A stretch of DNA of 64,000 bases from an uncultured Eubacteriales bacterium (GTDB lineage: Bacteria > Bacillota > Clostridia > Oscillospirales > Acutalibacteraceae): assembly GCA_900317815.1 (NCBI GenBank), contig ONIC01000096.1, forward strand, positions 6,012 through 70,011. The letters run 5' to 3'. Below are positions 19,691-32,290 of this stretch, in pieces; positions within the stretch are counted from its first letter, which is position 1; each line of letters starts with the position of its first letter. Under the pieces are notes generated by a model that did no database searches, had not been told where the DNA came from, and worked only from the letters and a program-made list of their open reading frames with translations. The translations under genes and the position numbers were made by a program.

Positions 19691-20347
19691 TCAGTGGCTC
19701 CCAAGAAATTGACCGAGTTTCTTTACATCTTCAATAATATACTCCGCACCGTATTCTTCCGCTTCATCGCGGCTTCCGAATCCGAAAAGCACATACGCGC
19801 AGTCCATTCCGACTTTGTGTGCGCCTATAACATCGTGCTTTCTGTCTCCGATCATCAGCGCTTCCTTAAGATCCTCCACGCCGACGCTTTTTACAGCATA
19901 CTTCAGAACGTCAGCCTTGTCCTGACGAGAGGTATCAAATGTGCTGCCTGCGATCAGATCAAAATACTGTGCAATGCCGAAGTGTTCGAGTATGCGTACT
20001 GCAAACGGCTCGGGCTTTGAGGTCGCTAAAATGACCTTCCTGCCCGATTCGTGAAGCTTTTTTAAAAGCTCCACTATACCGTCATATACTCTGTTTTCAA
20101 AAATGCCCTTCTGCGGGTAGTACTCTCTGTAGTAGTGCACTCCGAGTCTGACCTTTTCGTCGTCAAAGCCGTAAAATTCACGGAAAGATTCAGTCAGGGG
20201 AGGACCGATGAACGGGCGGAGCGTTTCCTTGTCCTCAACGGGATGACCGAGCTTTTCAAGGGCGTATGCTACAGAATTGTAAATGCCCTCCGCAGAGTCG
20301 GTCACAGTCCCGTCAAGGTCAAAGAACAGGTATTTGTATTTATACAT
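19691..20347 (-). CDS. HAD-superfamily phosphatase (PGP/PpaX-like) embedded in the pyr operon
   Basis: 218 aa. HAD motif I (FFDLDGTVTDS) and motif IV (MIGDRKHD). Starts 3 nt after the pyrF stop. Confidence 0.8.
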   Translation of the reverse strand: MYKYKYLFFDLDGTVTDSAEGIYNSVAYALEKLGHPVEDKETLRPFIGPPLTESFREFYGFDDEKVRLGVHYYREYYPQKGIFENRVYDGIVELLKKLHESGRKVILATSKPEPFAVRILEHFGIAQYFDLIAGSTFDTSRQDKADVLKYAVKSVGVEDLKEALMIGDRKHDVIGAHKVGMDCAYVLFGFGSRDEAEEYGAEYIIEDVKKLGQFLGSH

Positions 20348-20350
20348 ATA

Positions 20351-22684
<2,334 letters not shown>

Positions 22685-22829
22685 AGTGTCACCTCCGGAA
22701 GTAATGTATAGTGAAAAATGAATAGTGTCGGAAAGCCTTTTTCTAACAGAAGTTGCGGCGAAATTTAACATTTTTTTTAATAAAGCCGCATAATTGCCTG
22801 TCGGTGTATGACGACCCGACTTATAGATA

Positions 22830-22871
22830 GTGGTTATGCCGCCGTGAGTTTTCTCACAGCGGTATAACCAC
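22830..22871 (-). promoter_or_regulatory. Strong intercistronic hairpin directly after the carB stop, inside the 193-nt carB-pyrK gap
   Basis: On the mRNA strand the sequence is GTGGTTATACCGCTGTGAG-AAAA-CTCACGGCGGCATAACCAC. This is a stem of about 19 bp with one mismatch and one G-U pair, and no U-tract follows. Confidence 0.4.
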
Positions 22872-22877
22872 CTTTTC

Positions 22878-25800
22878 TTACATATCGATAGTAGAGATGC
22901 AGAGAGTTGTCTCTTCAAGCACATCCAGCAGCGCGCGAACAGTATCGAGAGCTGTGAAGATAGCGATATTGTTCTCAACTGCCCAGCGGCGGATCATATA
23001 GCCGTCGTTGTTTGTCTCGTGATAGAGATCCTTTGTGTTGATAACGTAGCTGATGTAGCCCGAGTGCATAGCGTCGAAAATCTCCTCGTTGCCTGTCGAG
23101 AGCTTCTGACGGATCCTTGTCTTGATACCGTGCTCTCTGAGGTACTTTGCCGTGCCCTCTGTTGCTTCGATGTTGAAGCCGAGGTTGTAGAAACGTCTGA
23201 TGAGGGGGAGTGCCTCTGCCTTGTCAACGTCTGCGATCGTCGCAAAAACAGTACCATAGTTGACCATCTTTGTGCCTGCCGACTGCAAAGCCTTGTAAAG
23301 CGCTCTTGTACGAGTATTGTCGTAGCCGATAGCCTCACCTGTAGACTTCATTTCGGGCGAGAGGTAAGCGTCGAGACCGCGAAGCTTTGAGAAAGAGAAT
23401 GCGGGCGCCTTAACGTACCAGCGTTCCTTCTCCTTCGGATATACAACGTCGATGCCCTGTTCCTTGAGGCTCTTGCCGAGGATAGCGAGTGTTGCTATAT
23501 CTGCGAGAGAGTAGCTCGTTGCCTTCGAAAGGAACGGAACTGTTCTCGATGAACGCGGATTGACCTCGATGACGTAAACATCGTTGTTCTTGTCTACGAT
23601 GAACTGGATATTGTAAAGACCGACGATGCCGATGCCGAGACCGAGCTTTACAGTGTAATCTATGATTATGTCCTTGACCTCTTGGGTGAGGTTAAATGAC
23701 GGATATACGCTGATACTGTCGCCGGAATGGATACCTGTTCTCTCAACGTGTTCCATAATTCCGGGGATAAATACATCCTTTCCGTCGCATACGGCATCGA
23801 CCTCGCACTCCATACCAGAGATGTACTTGTCAACGAGCACGGGCTTGTCAACATCGACTTCAACGGCTGTCTTGAGATAGTGACGCAGCATTTCTTCATT
23901 GGCAACGATCTGCATTGCGCGTCCGCCGAGAACGTAGCTTGGACGAACGAGAACGGGATAGCCGATCTCTGAAGCGGCAGCAACGCCGTCCTCTATGTTG
24001 GTGACCGCCTTGCCCTTCGGCTGCGGGATCTGAAGCTCCTCCATGATCTTCTCGAAGGAATCTCTGTTCTCCGCCTTCTCGATAGCGTCAACGTCTGTAC
24101 CGATGATCTTGACACCGCGCTTCATAAGCGGCTCGGCTAAGTTGATAGCCGTCTGACCGCCGAGTGAAGCGATAACTCCGATCGGTTTTTCAAGCTCGAT
24201 GATATTCATAACGTCCTCGACCGTGAGCGGCTCAAAATAGAGCTTGTCGCTCGTTGTGTAGTCCGTCGAAACGGTCTCGGGGTTGTTGTTTATAATGATA
24301 GCTTCGTAGCCGTTGCTCTTGATCGTCATTACTGCGTGAACGGTCGAGTAGTCGAACTCAACGCCCTGACCGATCCTGATAGGACCTGAACCAAGTACGA
24401 CGATCTTCTTTCTGTCGGAAATGATCGACTCATTCTCCTGCTCGTATGTCGAATAGAAGTAGGGGATATATGAATCAAACTCGGAAGCACAGGTGTCGAT
24501 CATTTTGTATACAGGGAACATCTTTTCTCTGCAGCGGAGCTGATATATCTCTTCCTCGTTTGTCTCCCAGAGCTTTGCGATGTACTTATCGGAGAAGCCC
24601 ATGCGCTTAGCTTCGTAAAGCACGGAGGTGTCGTTCTTGTTTGCCTTGATGACTCTTTCGTATTCAACGATGTTCTTGATCTTTTCAAGGAAGAACATAT
24701 CTATCTGAGTGATCTTGAAGATCTCACGCAGGTCAATGCCGTTCCAGATAAGCTCCGCAATAGCGTAGATCCTGTCGTCCGTACCCTTGCGGATGTAGTC
24801 GAGCAGCTCGTCGTTTGACATATCGTTGAACTTCGGCTTGTAGAGGTGATATACGTCAATCTCAAGCGAACGGACAGCTTTGAGAAGGCTCTCCTCGAAC
24901 GTTCTGCCGACGCTCATGACTTCGCCCGTTGCCTTCATCTGAGTACCGAGCACGTTGGAGGCATCGGAGAACTTGTCGAACGGGAAACGGGGCATCTTTG
25001 TTACGATATAGTCGAGAGTAGGTTCGAAGGAGGCGGGAGTGTTTGCGATGCGGATCTCGTCGAGCGTCATGCCGACTGCGATCTTGGCGGAAACTCTTGC
25101 GATCGGGTATCCGCTTGCCTTTGATGCAAGCGCAGACGATCTCGAAACTCTCGGGTTTACCTCGATGAGGTAGTAATCAAACGAAAGGGGATCGAGCGCA
25201 AATTGAACGTTGCAGCCTCCCTCTATCTTGAGCGCACGGATTATCTTGAGCGCACTGTCTCTGAGCATGTGGTACTCTTTGTTTGTAAGCGTCTGCGACG
25301 GCGCAACAACGATCGAGTCGCCCGTGTGGATACCTACGGGATCGAGGTTTTCCATATTACAGATCGTGATAGCTGTGTCATTCGAGTCACGGATAACTTC
25401 GTACTCGATCTCCTTGTAGCCCTTGACCGACTTCTCGACAAGAACCTCGTGTACGGGGGAGAGTCTGAGAGCGTTAGTCTGGATATCTACAAGCTCCTCG
25501 TCGTTGTTTACGAAACCGCCGCCCGTACCGCCAAGCGTGAATGCGGGACGAAGAACAACGGGATAGCCGATCTTGTGAGCGGCTTCGAGAGCCTCTTCAA
25601 CGGAGTGAGTTGTGACGGATGGGAGAATAGGCTCGCCGAGCTCTTCGCAGAGCTGCTTGAACATTTCTCTGTCCTCAGCCTTTTCGATACTCTCAACGCT
25701 CGTGCCGAGCAGCTCTACCTGGCACTCGTGGAGAACGCCCTTCTTTGCGAGCTTTACCGCAAGGTTAAGACCTGTCTGTCCTCCGATACCGGGAACGATA

Positions 25801-26054
25801 GCGTCGGGACGCTCGTAACGGAGTATCTTTGCAAGATATTCGAGCGTCAGCGGCTCCATGTATACCTTGTCAGCAATAACTGTGTCCGTCATGATAGTAG
25901 CGGGGTTGGAGTTGCAGAGTACGACTTCATAGCCTTCCTCTCGGAGAGCCAGACACGCCTGTGTGCCTGCATAGTCAAATTCGGCAGCCTGACCGATAAC
26001 GATAGGGCCCGAACCGATAACGAGCACCTTCTTGATATCTTCTCTTTTTGCCAT
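22878..26054 (-). CDS. carB: Carbamoyl-phosphate synthase large subunit
   Basis: 1058 aa. Duplicated ATP-grasp halves and a C-terminal MGS-like domain. Confidence 0.97.
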   Translation of the reverse strand: MAKREDIKKVLVIGSGPIVIGQAAEFDYAGTQACLALREEGYEVVLCNSNPATIMTDTVIADKVYMEPLTLEYLAKILRYERPDAIVPGIGGQTGLNLAVKLAKKGVLHECQVELLGTSVESIEKAEDREMFKQLCEELGEPILPSVTTHSVEEALEAAHKIGYPVVLRPAFTLGGTGGGFVNNDEELVDIQTNALRLSPVHEVLVEKSVKGYKEIEYEVIRDSNDTAITICNMENLDPVGIHTGDSIVVAPSQTLTNKEYHMLRDSALKIIRALKIEGGCNVQFALDPLSFDYYLIEVNPRVSRSSALASKASGYPIARVSAKIAVGMTLDEIRIANTPASFEPTLDYIVTKMPRFPFDKFSDASNVLGTQMKATGEVMSVGRTFEESLLKAVRSLEIDVYHLYKPKFNDMSNDELLDYIRKGTDDRIYAIAELIWNGIDLREIFKITQIDMFFLEKIKNIVEYERVIKANKNDTSVLYEAKRMGFSDKYIAKLWETNEEEIYQLRCREKMFPVYKMIDTCASEFDSYIPYFYSTYEQENESIISDRKKIVVLGSGPIRIGQGVEFDYSTVHAVMTIKSNGYEAIIINNNPETVSTDYTTSDKLYFEPLTVEDVMNIIELEKPIGVIASLGGQTAINLAEPLMKRGVKIIGTDVDAIEKAENRDSFEKIMEELQIPQPKGKAVTNIEDGVAAASEIGYPVLVRPSYVLGGRAMQIVANEEMLRHYLKTAVEVDVDKPVLVDKYISGMECEVDAVCDGKDVFIPGIMEHVERTGIHSGDSISVYPSFNLTQEVKDIIIDYTVKLGLGIGIVGLYNIQFIVDKNNDVYVIEVNPRSSRTVPFLSKATSYSLADIATLAILGKSLKEQGIDVVYPKEKERWYVKAPAFSFSKLRGLDAYLSPEMKSTGEAIGYDNTRTRALYKALQSAGTKMVNYGTVFATIADVDKAEALPLIRRFYNLGFNIEATEGTAKYLREHGIKTRIRQKLSTGNEEIFDAMHSGYISYVINTKDLYHETNNDGYMIRRWAVENNIAIFTALDTVRALLDVLEETTLCISTIDM

Positions 26055-26055
26055 A

Positions 26056-27153
26056 TTATTTGCCCTCCTTCATAAGACGGATGAATTTTTCAAAGAGATA
26101 TGTGCTGTCCTGGGGACCGGGCGCGCTCTCGGGATGATACTGAACGCTGAATACCTTGTCCTTTTCGCAGCGGACGCCCTCGACCGTGTTGTCGAGGATA
26201 TTTATGTGAGTTACCTCAAGCTCAGTGTCCTTGACGCTGTCGGAATCCACCGCATAGCTGTGGTTCTGCGATGTGATCTCGATCCTGCCGTTCTCAAGGT
26301 TCTTGACGGGGTGATTTCCGCCTCTGTGACCGAACTTGAGCTTGTAAGTCTTCGCTCCGTAAGCGAGGCTGATGAGCTGATGACCGAGACAGATTCCGAA
26401 GATCGGAAACTTTCCCTTTATTTTTCTGATAAGCTCGATAACACATTCAACGTCTTCGGGGTTTCCGGGACCATTTGAGAAGAATACTCCGTCGGGAGCA
26501 AGCTTTTCTATCTCTTCCGCTGTCGTGTTGTAAGGAACAACAGTGACGTTGCAGCCGAGCTTGTTAAGGCTTCTTATGATATTGAGCTTGATGCCGCAGT
26601 CAACAGCGACTACTTCAAGCTTCGGATGTGCCGTTCTCGAGTACCACTTTTTCTTGCACGATACCTTCGCTACAGCGTCCTTCGGTATCGGAGTTTCGTT
26701 AATGATCTTCATGCACTCGTCATGCGGCTTGTCTGCATCCGTGATAAGCACCTTCTGATGACCTTCGTCGCGGATACGTCTTGTTATCATTCTCGTGTCG
26801 ATGCCCGAAATGCCGGGAATGCCGTACTCTTCGAGGATCTCGCCGAGAGTTTTGGTGTATCTGAAGTTGGAGGGGATATTGTTGTACTCTCTGACGATCA
26901 GTCCGCCGATCGTCGGTACCTTCGTCTCGAAATCATCGTCTGCGATACCGTAGTTGCCGATAAGCGGATATGTCATCGTTACCATCTGGTATGTATACGA
27001 CGGATCGGAGACGATCTCCTGATATCCTACCATCGAGGTGTTGAAAACAAGCTCACATACTCTCTCACAGTTGTGACCGAAGCCTGTGCCGAGAAACTCG
27101 CTGCCGTCTTCAAGAACGATTTTCCTGTTTTTGACCGTTGTTACATTTTCCAT
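26056..27153 (-). CDS. carA: Carbamoyl-phosphate synthase small (glutaminase) subunit
   Basis: ATG at 27153 follows GGGGGA. Class I glutamine amidotransferase motifs ([11 protein letters not shown]). Confidence 0.95.
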   Translation of the reverse strand: MENVTTVKNRKIVLEDGSEFLGTGFGHNCERVCELVFNTSMVGYQEIVSDPSYTYQMVTMTYPLIGNYGIADDDFETKVPTIGGLIVREYNNIPSNFRYTKTLGEILEEYGIPGISGIDTRMITRRIRDEGHQKVLITDADKPHDECMKIINETPIPKDAVAKVSCKKKWYSRTAHPKLEVVAVDCGIKLNIIRSLNKLGCNVTVVPYNTTAEEIEKLAPDGVFFSNGPGNPEDVECVIELIRKIKGKFPIFGICLGHQLISLAYGAKTYKLKFGHRGGNHPVKNLENGRIEITSQNHSYAVDSDSVKDTELEVTHINILDNTVEGVRCEKDKVFSVQYHPESAPGPQDSTYLFEKFIRLMKEGK

Positions 27154-28403
27154 ACTATTTCCCCCTTGACCATTGTCATAACACATTTTCCGCAGACCTT
27201 TACACCCTCAAACGGAGTAGCGCGCCCCATCGTAAGGAATGTTTCGGGATCTACCGTGTATTCTTCGTCCAAGTTCCAGACGCAGAGATCGGCGCTTTTG
27301 CCCTCCGCTATCTGTGTGTCTATACCAAATCGTCTGCCGGGCTTTTCGCTCATCAGTGCGATCAGCTCGCCAAGCGTTATGATCTCTTTCTTTACCAGAT
27401 ATGTGTAAAGCACAGGGAATGCTGTCTCAAGTCCGACAACTCCCATTGCGCTCTTTTCAAGTCCTCTTGACTTTTCTTCGATGCTGTGCGGCGCGTGATC
27501 GGTAGCGATCATATCTATCGTGCCGTCCTTTATGCCCTCGATCAGCGCCTGCTTGTCTGACTCGCTCCTGAGCGGCGGGTTCATCTTGAAGCGTCCGTCC
27601 TCGATCAGGTCCTTGTCACTGTATACAAGATAGTGAGGCCCCGTCTCACAGGTAATGTCTGCGCCGTCGCGCTTTGCCTGTCTGATGAGCTCGACGCTTT
27701 CCTTTGTCGAAACGTGGCAGACATGGTAGCTGCATCCTGTCTTTTTAGCAAGTCCGATGTCGCGTTTGATCTGTCCCCACTCGCTTTCTGAGCAGATGCC
27801 TCTGTGACCGTGCGCCTTTGCATACTCGCCGTCATGTATGTATCCGCCCTTGAGCAGCTCGTTTACCTCGCAGTGCGCCGCAATGATCTTGTTGAGCTTT
27901 CTGGCTTTTGTCATAGCCTCTTCCATTATCCCGTCCTTCTGAACGCCGTGACCGTCATCGGAGAATGCGATAACATCGGGTGCCATACCTTCAAGGTCGG
28001 CAAGCTCCTGTCCGTCCTCGTTGACTGAGATGGAACCGTAGGCATGAACGTTTATAACGGCATCACGCTCGATTATGTCAAGCTCCTCTTTCAGGTGAGC
28101 CACGCTGTCGGGTACAGGCTTCAGATTCGGCATCGCGCATACGTCCGTGTATCCGCCGTGAGCTGCCGCAAGAGAGCCTGTCTTGATCGTTTCTTTATAA
28201 GAAAAACCCGGTTCTCTGAGATGTACATGAACATCGATGAAACCGGGAAAAACGAAGCAATTATTCAAATCTATCACGTGTGTGTCACCGTCAGAGGGAA
28301 TAGAAACACCAATAGAAACAATTTTCCCGTCGCAGATGAGAAGATCTTTTTTAGCGATCGCGGAATCCTGAAAAATATTGGCATTCTTCAGCAGATATTT
28401 CAT
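27141..28403 (-). CDS. pyrC: Dihydroorotase
   Basis: 420 aa. Motifs DVHVHLREPG and DHAPH. Confidence 0.95.
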   Translation of the reverse strand: MKYLLKNANIFQDSAIAKKDLLICDGKIVSIGVSIPSDGDTHVIDLNNCFVFPGFIDVHVHLREPGFSYKETIKTGSLAAAHGGYTDVCAMPNLKPVPDSVAHLKEELDIIERDAVINVHAYGSISVNEDGQELADLEGMAPDVIAFSDDGHGVQKDGIMEEAMTKARKLNKIIAAHCEVNELLKGGYIHDGEYAKAHGHRGICSESEWGQIKRDIGLAKKTGCSYHVCHVSTKESVELIRQAKRDGADITCETGPHYLVYSDKDLIEDGRFKMNPPLRSESDKQALIEGIKDGTIDMIATDHAPHSIEEKSRGLEKSAMGVVGLETAFPVLYTYLVKKEIITLGELIALMSEKPGRRFGIDTQIAEGKSADLCVWNLDEEYTVDPETFLTMGRATPFEGVKVCGKCVMTMVKGEIVWKM

Positions 28404-28483
28404 CGTTGATAACCCCTTTGCAGTGTTGGAAAAGCGGGGAGCGCATTTTGAGATGGTAAGCAGCCGCCCGAAATTCTCGTATT

Positions 28484-28512
28484 ATAATAACATTTCAGGC
28501 TTATTATGTCAA
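28484..28512 (-). promoter_or_regulatory. Candidate promoter of the pyr operon
   Basis: On the minus strand: TTGACA, 17-nt spacer, TATTAT. It lies about 75 nt upstream of the pyrC ATG. Confidence 0.45.
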
Positions 28513-28781
28513 GCTACAATTTTGTTAAGATATGCATATTTATGCATTGTATGCAGAAAATATGTATACTCAACACCATGCATTTTTGTCTGATTTTAAC
28601 AATGGGCTCCGGCATAATATCTGCACGATCCGCAAATAATGATATTATCAGACGTTTTTATCGCCCCAAAAGCTGTGAAACGAGCGTTTTATGTGACCGA
28701 AATGTTATCTTGTGATCTTTTTGCTTCCCACAGCTTTTCGGAAAATATTCGCTGATATTCAAAAATCAAGGAGACGATACA

Positions 28782-29069
28782 ATGAGCAGAAATAATTCCC
28801 GCGGAGAAAAACATTTTGTAAATGAGGCTATGACTGACGCTTATGATGAACATAAGCGGGATCAGTCGGCGGATACTGCCCACAAGCTATGCTATTCGGA
28901 TGTGAATCATTCCGAAAACTTTTTGCAGATGAAAAAGAAAACGGCGGGTGCATACAAAACTATGAGCGCCGCCGACAGAGGATATACAGACCGAAAGACC
29001 AACGCCGCCGTACCGTCCGACAGCGCAGTAGAGGAGCTTCGTGACTGGAGCACAGAGAACCGTCAATAG
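28782..29069 (+). CDS. Small hydrophilic hypothetical protein (95 aa)
   Basis: AAGGAGA lies 7 nt upstream of the ATG. I recognise no family. Its 3' end overlaps the convergent lipoprotein gene by 7 nt. Confidence 0.5.
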   Translation: MSRNNSRGEKHFVNEAMTDAYDEHKRDQSADTAHKLCYSDVNHSENFLQMKKKTAGAYKTMSAADRGYTDRKTNAAVPSDSAVEELRDWSTENRQ

Positions 29070-29410
29070 CTTTCTCTTACAAAGTCGGCGCTGCCGCAGT
29101 CGTTTTCGAGATTCAGCGTCTTTCCCCGCAGCGTATATCCGAAAACGTACTCGTCGCTTTCGTCACAGATCGTCAAAGTTCCGTCATCTATCAGGCAAAG
29201 TCCTGATATGACGGCTTTTTCTTCGGGGGAGGAGACAGTCAGAACGGCTCGGTCCCCGTCAAAAACAAGCGATGCCGCAATATCTCCTCTGCATTCCCAG
29301 CAGCCGCTTCTGATCTCATCGGCGCAGCCGTTTACAATACGTTCTCCGCAGCCCGACAATATCAACATAAAACAAACGGCAATACACCCAATAACACTTC
29401 GTGATCTCAT
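29063..29410 (-). CDS. Small lipoprotein of unknown function
   Basis: ATG at 29410 lies 9 nt after GGAGGGG. Signal peptide with lipobox LSGC. Confidence 0.6.
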   Translation of the reverse strand: MRSRSVIGCIAVCFMLILSGCGERIVNGCADEIRSGCWECRGDIAASLVFDGDRAVLTVSSPEEKAVISGLCLIDDGTLTICDESDEYVFGYTLRGKTLNLENDCGSADFVRESY

Positions 29411-29521
29411 ATAACGCACCCCTCCGACTATTCATCGTTTCTTTAAAACAATACTTGACTGACCGCTTTTTAATACGGTCTGCGTCTGATGAAGTTTACG
29501 CATTTTTTTCACTGATTATGC

Positions 29522-29556
29522 AAAAAAAGCGCACCTGCAAAGAAAAACAGGTGCGC
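29522..29556 (-). terminator. Terminator after the AIM24-family gene
   Basis: GCGCACCTG / CAGGTGCGC 9-bp stem. The A7 run on the plus strand gives a U-tract on the minus strand. Confidence 0.75.
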
Positions 29557-29583
29557 CATAACTATTTATATGGTAATGCTTTA

Positions 29584-30285
29584 TCAGCTTCCCGTAGGAA
29601 TGAATGGCTTGACAGCGTCTGCAAGCTTGTTGATCGGCATCGTCTGGAGCCAGATCTTGCCGGGGCCTGTAACCTTCGTGTTGAAGAGACCCTCGCCGCC
29701 TAAGAGGGCGTTTCCGATACCCTTGACAGTCTCGACATCCATCGTACAAGTAGCTTCCATAGCTGCAAGGTAGCCTGTGTCTACGAGCATGGATTCGCCG
29801 GGACCGAGTACGTAGTTGTATACGCAGCCGTCGATCTCAAGGAATACCGTGCCATTGCCGGAAAACTTCTGCATAAGGAATCCTTCGCCGCCGAGGATAC
29901 CACCGAATTTCTTGCCGCCTGTGAACGCGAGTTCCATCTGGACACCGGGAGTACTTGCGAAATAAGCACTCTTCTGAGCTATGAGCTCGTTTTGACCGAT
30001 ATCGAATGCAATGATGTCACCCGGGAATGTAGATGCAAATGCGATCTCTCCGGGACCGGCAACTGCCGTGTAGGTGTTGCGGAAGATGGACTCGCTTGTG
30101 AGAGCGCTCTTAGCCATCTTGCCGAGTGCGCCCATAAGACCCTTTCCGCCGCTTCCGAGACCCGTCTGCATTTGCATTGTCGGTGTCATCCAGGACATGG
30201 CGCCCTTCTGGCACTCGATGCTCTCGCCCTGATTGAGTTTGCAGACAAGCACGGGAAGAGGTCTGTTGTGAACTTCATATAGCAT
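29584..30285 (-). CDS. AIM24 / TIGR00266-family protein
   Basis: ATG at 30285 follows AAGGAGG. The sequence has a typical family beginning and Gly-rich beta-helix-like repeats. Confidence 0.8.
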   Translation of the reverse strand: MLYEVHNRPLPVLVCKLNQGESIECQKGAMSWMTPTMQMQTGLGSGGKGLMGALGKMAKSALTSESIFRNTYTAVAGPGEIAFASTFPGDIIAFDIGQNELIAQKSAYFASTPGVQMELAFTGGKKFGGILGGEGFLMQKFSGNGTVFLEIDGCVYNYVLGPGESMLVDTGYLAAMEATCTMDVETVKGIGNALLGGEGLFNTKVTGPGKIWLQTMPINKLADAVKPFIPTGS

Positions 30286-30597
30286 AATTAATGCCTCCTT
30301 TATCATAATACCGGACAACAATGCGTAAGCCGCATTTGATTTTCGGTAAGATTTGATGTGGAATGATCCTTGTTACTCATTTTACCACAGTTGACTATAA
30401 ATATCAAGTTTTTTATCGAAATTTTATTATTTTTCTGTCGGGAGCTCCCTTTTATCGCTCCTGTAATCAGTAATGATTTGCCTTGACTATACTTGAAATT
30501 TGAATATAGTTTTGGATTTTAACGCATAAAATTGTTGAAACAAATATTAAGAACGTGAGATTTGATATTACATTCTGTTAATATTGCCCATTTCGGA

Positions 30598-30626
30598 TTG
30601 ACAGAAACGTCGCAGAGTGTTATAAT
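30598..30626 (+). promoter_or_regulatory. Sigma-A-type promoter
   Basis: TTGACA, 17-nt spacer, TATAAT. Confidence 0.6.
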
Positions 30627-30655
30627 TTGTAGATACAAAGATCGGAGGGATTTTT

Positions 30656-31396
30656 ATGTTCTACGTTATGTCAGGTCCGCGTGGGGACTACGGAAAGTAC
30701 AGAAAGCTGCTCAATAAAATACGGCTGAAGGATACCGATGTTCTCTACGTTCTCGGAAACGTAATCAACGGCGCGAACGAAGGAATGAAGATCCTTCTCG
30801 ATATGATGATGCGCACCAATGTCTACCCTGTTATCGGAAGCAGCGAGTATCTTGCTCTGCCGTGCCTTAAGTATCTTGCGGATAATACGGGTGACGACGC
30901 TATGACCAATATGGACGACAAAGTAAGGACACGTATGATGCGTCTTATCTCCGCAGGCGGTCAGCAGACCATATTTACGTTCCGGGCTCTCAACGAGGAA
31001 CAGCGTGAGATGGTGCTTGACTACCTCAGCGACTTTTCTCTTTACGAAGAGGTCGAAGTCGGAGGCAAGGACTATGTGCTCGTCAGCGCAGGCATCAAGA
31101 ATTTCGAACCCGATAAAGATCTTGACGACTACGGAATCAAGGATCTCATCACGGAAGGCGCCGACTACTCCAAAAAGTATTTCGATGATAAGATCCTGGT
31201 CACTGCGCAGACACCCACCCGCAGGATCTATGAAGAAAACGATCCGCTTGCCGAGACGACTCCCAACGGTGAGGCTTCACGCTTTGACAAGATCTATACG
31301 GGCAGCAATCACATCGCGATAAACTGCGGAAGCGACATAGGAGGCAGGCTTGCAGCAATCAGGCTCGATGATATGGCGGAGTATTATACCGACTGA
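30656..31396 (+). CDS. Metallophosphoesterase-fold protein with all canonical metal ligands substituted (probable pseudo-enzyme)
   Basis: Collinear with PrpE / Ser-Thr phosphatase-1-type proteins. The motifs read SGPRG (for GDxHG), GNVINGA (for GDxxDRG), GSSE (for GNHE) and AQTP (for GHTP). Confidence 0.7.
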   Translation: MFYVMSGPRGDYGKYRKLLNKIRLKDTDVLYVLGNVINGANEGMKILLDMMMRTNVYPVIGSSEYLALPCLKYLADNTGDDAMTNMDDKVRTRMMRLISAGGQQTIFTFRALNEEQREMVLDYLSDFSLYEEVEVGGKDYVLVSAGIKNFEPDKDLDDYGIKDLITEGADYSKKYFDDKILVTAQTPTRRIYEENDPLAETTPNGEASRFDKIYTGSNHIAINCGSDIGGRLAAIRLDDMAEYYTD

Positions 31397-31521
31397 TCCT
31401 GATATGACAAGTGTGAACAGATGTGAAAAAGCGGCGGCTTCGGGTCGGATGCGTATGCTTGCCATAAAAAACTGCATTTTTTTCCTGTTGAAATTGCTCG
31501 TGTTTTGCGATATAATATCAA

Positions 31522-31555
31522 CAGTGCGCGTTTTCACCCTGCGCTCTGATTTTTT
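31522..31555 (+). terminator. Hairpin plus T-run, possibly the terminator of the phosphoesterase-like gene
   Basis: CAGTGCGC / GCGCTCTG stem (one mismatch) followed by ATTTTTTG. Confidence 0.4.
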
Positions 31556-31710
31556 GTACATTCTGAACGGAATGTGCTTGCACTATTGCGTTTTAATGTG
31601 TTAAAACTTACCTCTAAAGCTCGGTTGTCCGTTTTGACCAATATTCAACATAACATTTTATGATAATATTGACAAAAAACTAAAATCGACAAAATTTTAA
31701 CAATATCCTA

Positions 31711-31739
31711 TTGATTTGTACGAATTTCTGAGGTATAAT
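31711..31739 (+). promoter_or_regulatory. Promoter for hydCBA
   Basis: TTGATT, 17-nt spacer, TATAAT. Confidence 0.55.
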
Positions 31740-31775
31740 AATAAAAATCTATTAAGATTTATAGGAGGTCCACAA

Positions 31776-32288
31776 ATGGCAGAAAAAACTGTTCAACCGT
31801 TCCGTGAAACCGATGAGCAGAAGCAGGCGCTTCAGGATATCATCGAGCGGAACAAGGTCCAGCCGGGAGCATTGCTTCCGATTCTTCATGAGGCACAGGA
31901 AGTCTACGGTTACCTTCCGATCGAGGTACAGCAGAGAGTAGCTGACGGTCTCGGAATTTCGCTCAGCGAGGTTTACGGCGTTGCTACTTTCTATTCGCGT
32001 TTCAGCCTCACCCCGAAGGGCAAGCACAGGATCAGTGTCTGTCTTGGCACGGCGTGCTATGTTAAGGGCGCCGACAAGATCCTTGCAGAGGTAGAGAAAA
32101 AGCTCGGCATCAAGAGCGGCGACTGCACGGAAGACGGTCTGTTCTCGATTGACTCGTGCCGCTGCGTAGGCGCTTGCGGTCTCGCACCGGTTATGATGGT
32201 TGATGAGGAAGTTTACGGAAAGCTGACACCGGCTATGGTAGACAAGATCCTCGACAAGTACATCAAAGAGGAAGGAGAGAGCAAGTAA
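31776..32288 (+). CDS. hydC: [FeFe]-hydrogenase NuoE-like 2Fe-2S subunit (HydC/HndA type)
   Basis: ATG at 31776 follows AGGAGG. Thioredoxin-like 2Fe-2S motif (CLGTAC...CRCVGACGLAP). Confidence 0.9.
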   Translation: MAEKTVQPFRETDEQKQALQDIIERNKVQPGALLPILHEAQEVYGYLPIEVQQRVADGLGISLSEVYGVATFYSRFSLTPKGKHRISVCLGTACYVKGADKILAEVEKKLGIKSGDCTEDGLFSIDSCRCVGACGLAPVMMVDEEVYGKLTPAMVDKILDKYIKEEGESK

Positions 32289-32290
32289 TT

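Noticed and set aside
28404-28512. PyrR-dependent attenuator in front of pyrC
   Set aside because: The leader is short (about 75 nt). It contains no sequence resembling the PyrR binding loop (ARUCCAGAGAGGYU) and no clear terminator hairpin with a U-tract. No pyrR gene is in the window.
31488-31555. Consensus-looking promoter (TTGAAA-17-TATAAT, 31488-31516) followed within about 10 nt by a hairpin and T-run, which could define a tiny sRNA
   Set aside because: The implied transcript would be only about 30-35 nt. The hairpin is more simply the terminator of the upstream gene, and the promoter match is probably a chance occurrence in A/T-rich spacer. I kept only the terminator, at low confidence.
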